This document shows positions 9,007 to 16,634 of a stretch of 64,000 nucleotides of DNA, piece by piece. Numbering within the stretch: the stretch's first letter is position 1; each line of letters opens with the position of its first letter. This stretch comes from an uncultured virus (IMG/VR IMGVR_UViG_3300030118_003168) (taxonomy: Duplodnaviria > Heunggongvirae > Uroviricota > Caudoviricetes): positions 1 to 64,000 of IMG/VR virus record IMGVR_UViG_3300030118_003168, one strand, 5' to 3'. The position numbers were made by a program, and so were the translations under genes. The notes beneath the pieces are model-generated. The model worked only from the letters and a program-made list of their open reading frames with translations. It made no database searches and was not told where the DNA came from.

Positions 9007-9249
9007 ATGCGAGCAACCCTAACAAGCGATTTATTCCACAAAGGAAGCGAGAAACTGGTTATCAAGACCTGTGCCGAGATGTTGAACTATATGCCCCAAA
9101 TTTACGGGTTTATCAAAGATATCGGGGTTGAAGCCAAATTGACCTCAAATATGTATGATGCCAGCATTGTCATTCGTGGCGAGACACTTATGCCAAACAT
9201 TGACAAAATCGTCAGATTCATTGAAAGTCATGGCTGGCAAAAGAATTAG
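9007..9249 (+). CDS. Hypothetical protein (cassette 7)
   Basis: Start re-placed at ATG 9007 (MRATLTSDLF), downstream of the palindrome at 8947. Confidence 0.65.
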   Translation: MRATLTSDLFHKGSEKLVIKTCAEMLNYMPQIYGFIKDIGVEAKLTSNMYDASIVIRGETLMPNIDKIVRFIESHGWQKN

Positions 9250-9386
9250 GGCTTGCGCCCGCCTTTACAAAGCATATGGTTGTAATCGCTTTGCGCTTGT
9301 GTAATTACAACCTTATCCGTCATTTGGTTGGTATTAGTGCTTCGGAAGGCATTGAGGCAGATTTCCCCTTATTGGAGGTAATTATT

Positions 9387-9893
9387 ATGAATGAAAAGAA
9401 TTGGATAAAAAACACAAGTGAAGTCAGTCTATGGCTTGAAAAGGAAGATAGAGGTGATAATGGCAAGGCTATTGAATTGTCTATTATGCTCGGAAACAAC
9501 AGTAATGACGACGATATGCGTTCAACCTATTGGACGGCTATTAGGTCTATTGGGAGCGTTTATGCGGATTTCCCAAAAGCCCGTCGAGGTCGAGAATCTG
9601 CTTTGCCCGACGAAGTGGAGCAAAATGCGATTTCTGTGAAGAATGCGGTTTACGCTGCCTTTGCGGGTATTTCTAACCAAGATGTCGTTTTGGCTGCGGT
9701 TTTGCCACATGGTAGAACTGGCGGTGCTTATGCTGATATTGACGCATTGGCTACCCATTACGCCAAGCAAGCGTATAATGCGCTTGTAAAGGGCTACAAA
9801 GAAGGTCGTTGGGATGGTTCTATGAACGGTGAAATCCCGACAATGACCCCACCTGCTGTTAAATCAGCCGAAGGAGGTCAAGAGGAAGAATGA
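9387..9893 (+). CDS. Hypothetical protein (cassette 8), paralog of 7491
   Basis: GGAGG RBS before ATG 9387; shared motifs with the 7491 protein. Confidence 0.85.
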   Translation: MNEKNWIKNTSEVSLWLEKEDRGDNGKAIELSIMLGNNSNDDDMRSTYWTAIRSIGSVYADFPKARRGRESALPDEVEQNAISVKNAVYAAFAGISNQDVVLAAVLPHGRTGGAYADIDALATHYAKQAYNALVKGYKEGRWDGSMNGEIPTMTPPAVKSAEGGQEEE

Positions 9894-9913
9894 TGCGGAA
9901 ATGCCTTCCGTCG

Positions 9914-9930
9914 CCCCCTTCGGGGGGTTT
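9914..9930 (+). terminator. GC hairpin CCCCC-TTCG-GGGGG-TTT ending cassette 8 (similar hairpins end the other cassettes)
   Basis: Related hairpins at about 6494, 6959, 7334, 8057, 8520, 8929 and 9249. Confidence 0.55.
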
Positions 9931-10333
9931 CCTCTACGATGGCAAAGCCAAACCATATGGTTGTTGTAATGTATATATAGACTATATATGGTTCATTATA
10001 GACGCTAAATGGATTATTTAGGGATGTATGACTCGGAACATAACATTTAACAGTTGCGTGATGCGTTCTATAGAAATCTATTCAAATAGCGCATATAATT
10101 CTATTCGATGAAATAAATCTATATATATTGCAATTTATCTCAATAGACTATATACAACCATATGGCTTTGTTTCAAATTTTTTATTTTTGTTCATTTAAA
10201 TGAATAAGCATTAATTAATCAATTTTAAACCAAAAAGCATTTATTCCACTACTTTAAAACATTAATTAGTTTAGATTAAAGGTTATTCCGAGCATATTAT
10301 ATGCTATGACTTCCACCCATTAAGTGATACAGT

Positions 10334-10564
10334 ATGTCTGCCGAGAAACAGGCATTAACTTATTTAGATGAGATATTCACCATAATACGAGAAACCCTTG
10401 AAGATGCTAAACAAAACAGAAAAGATGCTAGACAACTTACTAATTCAGAAGAAAAGGCTTTACAAGAAATATTAAAGAAGATTAAACTAATATCAAAGAA
10501 TTTAGACGATTATCTTAAACAGTTTAGAATACAAACTTCATTATACGATTTTAAAGAAGATTAA
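10334..10564 (+). CDS. Hypothetical coiled-coil protein
   Basis: ORF track. Confidence 0.6.
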   Translation: MSAEKQALTYLDEIFTIIRETLEDAKQNRKDARQLTNSEEKALQEILKKIKLISKNLDDYLKQFRIQTSLYDFKED

Positions 10565-10718
10565 ATATACTTATTTAAACTATTATAATTAAACTATATG
10601 TTTTTATTCTGGGAATATAAATCTATATAAAAAAATAAAAACGCAAGTGCCAAATAAATTCCGCCACAAAATTTTGAGATTTTTTTTATTATAACGAATT
10701 AACAGGAAAAGGATTAAT

Positions 10719-12026
10719 ATGGAAGATTGGCAAAAAGATATTATGGATGCAATTGAATCAGGTAGATGGCAAGCCGAAGATTTAAGCGATATTGCTGTTC
10801 CAAGAGCAAAAGTAAAATCTATTCCTGTTAATGATATGGAGTTTATTCTTGATATTGTGTATTTTGCCGCTAGAGAATTAAGAGGAAAGAAATTAACTCC
10901 TGAACATAAAGAATTACTTGATGAATATGATGATGTTCTAAGAAATCAAGGAATGAAGGGTTTTCACGATGCTAATGTTCAAACTCACGCTTTTAATAGA
11001 GATGAAGATACTGATGCAAGAGATGAAAAATACTATCCAAATGACCCATTACACTATGAATCAAAAAGACCCGATGTTTTTAAAAAAAGTTGGACTGATA
11101 TTCTAAAAACACCTTATCCTAATCATATGTTAAATAGAAAGGCAAGGGGCGGAAGAAGAATTAGAAGGGGAACTGGAAGGGGCGGTTTATTCAAATATAA
11201 CGAAATTGATGAAATATTAGAAGCCCGTGTTACTCCTTTAATTGATGCTCGCTATGAACAAGAAATTGAGAAGAAAACTCGTCAAAGTATTAGAGAAGCA
11301 AAAAAGCGTCTTAAAGAAAGTAATAAAGAGTTTACTGATATTTTAAAGGACTATATTACTCGTAAGGTTAGAAAGGTTTTACTTAAGCAGAAAGAAAACA
11401 ATTTATACGCTACTGCATATGGAGATTATGCAAAAAGCGGTATGGGCTTCAAAAGTGCAGGAAAGTGGTTCGCTGGAGGATTAAGTGCATTAGGCTATAA
11501 TCCCGAAGATGAACAACAAATGAGTTATGTTTTGAGAAGAGTTCACGGAATTGCTAGACAATACTTCAATGATTGGAAATCTAAGAAAGAAAAAGAAGAA
11601 GAAGAATCAGACGAAGAAGAAGGTGATGAATTGGTTAAATCATGGATTAATATAATTAAGAAAGAATCTTGGTATGATAAACAAGTTAAGCAGCAAATAG
11701 ACGCAAAAAAGCAAGAGCGTCAAGCCCATGTTAAAAAGCACCCATTTACTAAAGATTACCGATATGGCCGTTGTCAGGCAAATGATGGAACAGGCTGTAT
11801 TAGAAATCTACAAAGTCCTGAAAGAAGGTCATATGCTGGTTCAAAACCCGATGGTAGAACTTGCATGTATTGTGAGGATGACCATTACAAATACGGTGAT
11901 GTTCCTAAAGAAATTTGGAGTTCTGAACAATGGAAAAAGGGCGACAAAGAAACAAGAAGCAAGATGTTGGATAAATATGTTAAAAGAAATCCAAGATACG
12001 ATATGCGAAACTTTGAACCATTTTGA
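10719..12026 (+). CDS. Hypothetical multi-segment protein with internal WxxILK motifs
   Basis: Internal KSWTDILK and KSWINIIK; Cys/His cluster near the C-terminus. Confidence 0.75.
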   Translation: MEDWQKDIMDAIESGRWQAEDLSDIAVPRAKVKSIPVNDMEFILDIVYFAARELRGKKLTPEHKELLDEYDDVLRNQGMKGFHDANVQTHAFNRDEDTDARDEKYYPNDPLHYESKRPDVFKKSWTDILKTPYPNHMLNRKARGGRRIRRGTGRGGLFKYNEIDEILEARVTPLIDARYEQEIEKKTRQSIREAKKRLKESNKEFTDILKDYITRKVRKVLLKQKENNLYATAYGDYAKSGMGFKSAGKWFAGGLSALGYNPEDEQQMSYVLRRVHGIARQYFNDWKSKKEKEEEESDEEEGDELVKSWINIIKKESWYDKQVKQQIDAKKQERQAHVKKHPFTKDYRYGRCQANDGTGCIRNLQSPERRSYAGSKPDGRTCMYCEDDHYKYGDVPKEIWSSEQWKKGDKETRSKMLDKYVKRNPRYDMRNFEPF

Positions 12027-12034
12027 GGGATATT

Positions 12035-12142
12035 ATGACAAGGTGTAAATTATTAGATGCGTGGCTCGATGTTCAATCAAAGAAGATTGATGAAAAAGAA
12101 AAGAAAACAGGAAAGGATATTATAGCAGGTGTTTTGAAATGA
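12035..12142 (+). CDS. Small hypothetical protein (35 aa, MTRCKLLDAW...)
   Basis: Hand-translated; GAGGG RBS; ATGA overlap with the next gene. Confidence 0.5.
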   Translation: MTRCKLLDAWLDVQSKKIDEKEKKTGKDIIAGVLK

Positions 12143-12513
12143 ATTGGCAGAATATTTTAAAGAATGACGAAAGAGAAGACTTAGAAATTAAGTTAGAACA
12201 ATTAGTTGAAGATTGGGGAAGAAACCAAGATATTAGCGACTTTGAATACTTTGCTGATAGAAACGGCCCAAATCTTGATGGAGTTGAAATTGATGTTACT
12301 TTTGAAGATATGTATGAAGGTGAAGAAGATTTATCCCAAGAAGAAAAATTGGAAGAAGATGTTGGTTATTACCGAATAGATTTCCGTAGCGGAGGATATG
12401 AAGAATTTGCTATGGGTGATTACACTTACAATAATGGATTTGAAATGCATGAATTTAATCCTGAAAAATTAGACATTAACGAATTAAAAGCAGCCGTGAG
12501 GGGATTACAATGA
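12139..12513 (+). CDS. Acidic protein with WxxILK leader
   Basis: N-terminus MNWQNILK. Confidence 0.75.
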   Translation: MNWQNILKNDEREDLEIKLEQLVEDWGRNQDISDFEYFADRNGPNLDGVEIDVTFEDMYEGEEDLSQEEKLEEDVGYYRIDFRSGGYEEFAMGDYTYNNGFEMHEFNPEKLDINELKAAVRGLQ

Positions 12514-12659
12514 GTTGGAGAGATATAGTAAGAAAGAACAAACCAGATTTTTTGGATTTAGATAAAGATGGCGATAAGAAAGAGCCGATGAAAGAAGCGG
12601 CTAAAGATGCTAAAAAGAAGAAACCTAAATCTAAAAATCCGTTTACAAGGAAGGATTGA
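12510..12659 (+). CDS. Small protein with leader variant and DxDxDG motif (49 aa)
   Basis: Hand-translated MSWRDIVRKNKPDFLDLDKDGDKKEPMKEAAKD...; ATGA overlap. Confidence 0.65.
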   Translation: MSWRDIVRKNKPDFLDLDKDGDKKEPMKEAAKDAKKKKPKSKNPFTRKD

Positions 12660-12661
12660 AA

Positions 12662-12886
12662 ATGTCTTGGAGAAACCTATTGAAGTCTGATGCTCAAGAA
12701 GTAGTAGATAATATAGGTGAATTAAGAGATATTTTGGAAGACTTAGATGAAGTAGTTAGAAGTTTCAATTCTGGAGAAATGATAGACTCAAAAGAATTAA
12801 GAAGCACTTTAGAAGATTATGTTTCTCGTAGCATGAAAGTTCAAAGTGCCTTTTCACAAATGGTAAGAAGAATAGCGAGGTCTTAA
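12662..12886 (+). CDS. Helical protein with WxxILK leader
   Basis: N-terminus MSWRNLLK. Confidence 0.7.
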   Translation: MSWRNLLKSDAQEVVDNIGELRDILEDLDEVVRSFNSGEMIDSKELRSTLEDYVSRSMKVQSAFSQMVRRIARS

Positions 12887-12887
12887 T

Positions 12888-13748
12888 ATGAAATGGTTTG
12901 ATATTATTAAAGTAGAAGACATTGACTTTGACAAAGATTTACAGGCTTTTGGTCAATATGGAGAAGGAATAGATGTTAGTAACCGACAGGATATGGACAA
13001 ATTAATGAATAAATTAATAATGAGTTCTGTATTTCAAAGTAAACAACCCGACATAAAGGATTTTGTTAAAGAAAAAATTAGAATTAACCATGTAAGAATT
13101 TACGACTATCTTAAAGAAAAGTTAGGACGAGAACCAACAGATAAACAATTAATTGATTTCATTACAAGAACAATTATGCATGAAGGAACTCATGCTGCTA
13201 TGGGTTCAGAACAAGATTCAATGGCGGAACATCAAGCAGAATATGGAGCATTTACAGGACAATTCCCTGAAAGCACCTATATTAGATTATTAAATTTTGT
13301 TAAACACCCTGCTACAAGAAGAATGCTTTTCCCACCTGAACTAGCGGCTATGTTTAATATGAACATGAAAGATATTAGGCGAACTCCCGATATTATTGAA
13401 AAGGTTGAAGAACTTCTTGCTTATGTTGATGGAATAACTGAAGATATACCATCAGGTAAAAGTAAAGATTCAATGAAAGAAAAACTGACTCGTTTAGAAA
13501 TAACAGCGAGACAAAAGGGAGAACCTATTGTTAGAGAGTGGCCTCATCAAAATATTAAAGAATATTACAGGTTTGCATTGAAACGCTATGGTGATGAAAA
13601 TAAAGAATTATTAGATACTTTAGCAAGAGCAAATGGACTTGACCCTAATGAATTAAAAGCGGCTATGGCGGTAACTACTACTTCTGCACCGACAATGTTC
13701 AATAGAAAGGTTGTGCGAGGAAGAAAAAAGAAAAAGAGGGATGATTGA
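12888..13748 (+). CDS. Putative zincin metallopeptidase with WxxILK leader
   Basis: MKWFDIIK; IMHEGTHAAMG (HExxH) with a downstream AEYGA. Confidence 0.6.
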   Translation: MKWFDIIKVEDIDFDKDLQAFGQYGEGIDVSNRQDMDKLMNKLIMSSVFQSKQPDIKDFVKEKIRINHVRIYDYLKEKLGREPTDKQLIDFITRTIMHEGTHAAMGSEQDSMAEHQAEYGAFTGQFPESTYIRLLNFVKHPATRRMLFPPELAAMFNMNMKDIRRTPDIIEKVEELLAYVDGITEDIPSGKSKDSMKEKLTRLEITARQKGEPIVREWPHQNIKEYYRFALKRYGDENKELLDTLARANGLDPNELKAAMAVTTTSAPTMFNRKVVRGRKKKKRDD

Positions 13749-14893
13749 TGGTAAAAGAAAAGAAAAACTTTAATCCTTTTAAGGGCAACAAAGTGAATCA
13801 AAAATTGAAAAATTCTCGCTTTGTTGAAGAATTTAATACTTGGAGAGATAATTGTAAAGGTATAGGAAGTGGTGATTTATACACAAAGAATGTGCCTAAT
13901 CTATATATGTTTTTAAGAAGACATTTTGTTGCTCCTTTTGTTAGAGCAGGTAGCCGAAATAAACCAATAGAAGGAGAAGGAGTAAATGAATTATTAACTA
14001 TTATTGAAAAGGCAGTTGATGATGATTTGTTTACTGTTGGGAATGCAAAGATTATCAAGCAGTTAGCAGTTGTATTAAAAGAATATAAAGATACAGGAGA
14101 AGATGCTGGCGGAGAGGGTATTGCTGCTGACCCTGCATTTATTTTGTTTACTGAAAAAGTAAAAGGTAGGGGCGGTCAAAAATTAAGAGATAGAAAAGTT
14201 CAAGGACACTATAATAGAGCCGCACCTAAAGATTGGTTTGCAGGAAACAATGCACCCCATCAAGCGTTATTCTCAGAAACTTCTACTAAATATGCAAAAC
14301 CGAGAGGATTGTTATACATCATGGAAGACGCTACAAAGGAATTTGATAACCGCAATACAGATGGATTTGCTGACATTGAACTTGAAATAGATTCAATTCC
14401 AGATGATTTTGATGCAGAAGACTTTGAAGAAATTAGTGCAATTGAAAAGTATTTTGATGCAGTAGTTAGAAACACAGCCTTTTGGAGTGCTGGAGGAAGA
14501 TTACAAGTTCCTAAGTTAAGAAAAGATTTTCAAAGTCAAACTTTCAGACTAACTGAAAAAGACCAAGAAATTATTAGAGATTTAGCAAGATTAGGTAAAA
14601 GAGATGACCCTAACGCAATTGCAGGAAAAGTGACTGAATTTAAATTAACTGCTACTGCTTTACCTTTAATTACTTTGGTTGATAGAGCCTTAAGAAGAAA
14701 AGGAACTAATAAAGCCCCTAACGGTTATAGAGCGTGGCAAAATTCAAGAAAGACTGGTTTTGATTATAGAAAAACTGCAAGGGAAGTTTATGGCACTAAA
14801 GAGCGTCCTAAGAGTGGAAAAGGAAGTAGGACTAGAATGAAACCAGAATCAAGAGTTATTTCTAAAATGTGGCAAATGAATCTTTGGAGATGA
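13745..14893 (+). CDS. Hypothetical protein
   Basis: 382-aa ORF in the operon. Confidence 0.75.
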   Translation: MMVKEKKNFNPFKGNKVNQKLKNSRFVEEFNTWRDNCKGIGSGDLYTKNVPNLYMFLRRHFVAPFVRAGSRNKPIEGEGVNELLTIIEKAVDDDLFTVGNAKIIKQLAVVLKEYKDTGEDAGGEGIAADPAFILFTEKVKGRGGQKLRDRKVQGHYNRAAPKDWFAGNNAPHQALFSETSTKYAKPRGLLYIMEDATKEFDNRNTDGFADIELEIDSIPDDFDAEDFEEISAIEKYFDAVVRNTAFWSAGGRLQVPKLRKDFQSQTFRLTEKDQEIIRDLARLGKRDDPNAIAGKVTEFKLTATALPLITLVDRALRRKGTNKAPNGYRAWQNSRKTGFDYRKTAREVYGTKERPKSGKGSRTRMKPESRVISKMWQMNLWR

Positions 14894-14897
14894 TACT

Positions 14898-15206
14898 ATG
14901 TGGAAAAAGATTCTTAAAATTGATATGGAGGAAGCCCGTAGATTAGGAGATAGATATGCTCCTGAAGATATGGATGCTGCTAGAAAAGAAAAGAGCGAAA
15001 GCCTTCAAGGACAATTAAAGCCAGTTATTTTAAAGACTTTAGAAATGTATATGAAAGAAATGAATGAAAGAAACATTAGTCTTTTTAGAGATTCTATGTC
15101 CAGTTTATTAAGAGAATTTCCTAGTCCTCCCCGCTTAAGTCGTAGCACTACTACTGAAGCAAAGAACGAGAATAAAAAGAAAATACTTGATTACTTCAAG
15201 GAGTGA
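14898..15206 (+). CDS. Hypothetical protein with WxxILK leader
   Basis: N-terminus MWKKILK. Confidence 0.7.
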   Translation: MWKKILKIDMEEARRLGDRYAPEDMDAARKEKSESLQGQLKPVILKTLEMYMKEMNERNISLFRDSMSSLLREFPSPPRLSRSTTTEAKNENKKKILDYFKE

Positions 15207-15877
15207 CTACTATGACTATTAATCGTAAAAGATGTGGTATGTGCCAACATGAAGATAGAGAGGAACTTGAGTCTATGTTAGAAACAGGACAAACAACCTG
15301 CGATGAATTAGATGCACAGTTTGATTGGAGAAGTGGAACTGCCGCCCAACATCAAAGAAATCATATGGGTAATTATACTAAAGCATCAAATCCTCGTTGT
15401 AAGTTATGCACAGACCCAATGAGGAAACACTATGAACTTGCGATTAAAGAAGGTAATATATCAACGGAGGCTGTTTCTTCGGCCTTAGACATGACAAAAG
15501 AACAGGTTCAAAGACACATTAAGCACCACTTAACGCCAATCGTGCAGCAATCCGCAGCCGCTATCATAGCAAAAAAGGATGTAAATGAAGTTGAATTGCT
15601 ATCAAACAATGTTGCTAAGTTAGATATGCGTTTAGAGCAAGTCTTTAACGATTTAGGGAATGATTTAGACCCTAAGATGATTGATGCCTTAACTAAGTTA
15701 GCAAGAGAGATTAGAGAATCTTTGAAGTATCTTATGGAGTTTAAGGGTAAATTGATTCACAAGCGACAAGATACAATTATTGTCGCACAAATGCAAATTG
15801 TTCAAGAAGTGCTTGCACAGAACAATCCTGAGATTTGGTTAGATATTAAGAAAAGAATGCAGGAGAAGTTACAATGA
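15203..15877 (+). CDS. Tandem Zn/HTH protein with coiled coil; candidate terminase small subunit
   Basis: Two CxxC...HxxxH repeats enclosing HTH-like helices, then an oligomerisation-like helical C-terminus; TerS role inferred. Confidence 0.45.
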   Translation: MTTMTINRKRCGMCQHEDREELESMLETGQTTCDELDAQFDWRSGTAAQHQRNHMGNYTKASNPRCKLCTDPMRKHYELAIKEGNISTEAVSSALDMTKEQVQRHIKHHLTPIVQQSAAAIIAKKDVNEVELLSNNVAKLDMRLEQVFNDLGNDLDPKMIDALTKLAREIRESLKYLMEFKGKLIHKRQDTIIVAQMQIVQEVLAQNNPEIWLDIKKRMQEKLQ

Positions 15878-16311
15878 GTTGGCAATCTATTCTTAAAAAT
15901 GATGCTTGGAGAATGGTTCAAGCACATATGGCGGAAGATAGAATAATGAGGCCAAAAAGAAAAGAAGACCATCCTCTCCAACAAAAAAGAAAAAAACTTC
16001 TTAAAGATTTAAGAGAAAGAATAGAAAGAGAATTAGGCCCAGAACCAAAAGAACCCGATGATTACATACATGACCATCCTTATTATATATGGCATAGAAC
16101 AAAAACAGATTCACCTGAGCAAAAGGAATATTGGGCATTAGGAAGAAAAATAGATTTTGAATACGAACATGGGGTGGGTTTCTTTCAAGGGCAAGAACCT
16201 GAAGATATTACACCGTTTCATGGATTTAAACAACCTAAATTTGATGAAGCCTTTTATAGAGAAAAAGGTTATGAACCACCACAAAATAAAAAACACATGA
16301 AAAGGGATTAA
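15874..16311 (+). CDS. Hypothetical protein with WxxILK leader
   Basis: N-terminus MSWQSILK. Confidence 0.7.
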   Translation: MSWQSILKNDAWRMVQAHMAEDRIMRPKRKEDHPLQQKRKKLLKDLRERIERELGPEPKEPDDYIHDHPYYIWHRTKTDSPEQKEYWALGRKIDFEYEHGVGFFQGQEPEDITPFHGFKQPKFDEAFYREKGYEPPQNKKHMKRD

Positions 16312-16312
16312 A

Positions 16313-16633
16313 ATGACTTGGTGGAATATCATTAAAGTTTCCAAAGTGAAACGAAAGATTAAACAGAAGATGAAAGAACTCGGCTATAAAATAGTTGATG
16401 AAGATGATTCAAGAGCGCATGGAGGCGCAATCGCTTTTCTTGAACCATATCCACATGAAGGACATGAAAAGATTCACCCTCACAAATATTTTCCAGAAGG
16501 TTCTCCTAAGAACTTACAGAATGTTTTAAGAAGATTACCTGCTAAACTCCGCAATCAAACAAGAAGGGGATATAGGCCAAAGACGGGAACTATTAACTAT
16601 GACGATTATTTAAGGGAAAGAGGCGAGGCTTAG
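16313..16633 (+). CDS. Basic protein with WxxILK leader
   Basis: N-terminus MTWWNIIK. Confidence 0.7.
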   Translation: MTWWNIIKVSKVKRKIKQKMKELGYKIVDEDDSRAHGGAIAFLEPYPHEGHEKIHPHKYFPEGSPKNLQNVLRRLPAKLRNQTRRGYRPKTGTINYDDYLRERGEA

Positions 16634-16634
16634 A

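Larger units (their letters stand above)
5685..10170. promoter_or_regulatory. Ten copies of the palindromic element CAAAG-n-CCATATGG-n-CTTTG delimiting single-gene cassettes
   Basis: Copies at 5685-5706 (partial), 6517-6548, 6979-7010, 7376-7406, 8077-8104, 8539-8566, 8947-8969, 9268-9293, 9943-9966 (partial) and 10155-10170 (inverted, partial). Confidence 0.85.

Noticed and set aside
8872..9386. Track starts at 8872 and 9276
   Set aside because: They run through the hairpin/palindrome boundary; starts at 9007 and 9387 fit the cassette pattern and the paralog alignment.
5685..10170. CRISPR array
   Set aside because: Repeats are degenerate and separated by about 200-800 nt gene-sized units, not 30-40 nt spacers; no cas genes in the window.
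16313..16633. HicA-like RNase call
   Set aside because: Only a loose LG(Y)...H resemblance; insufficient without a profile search.
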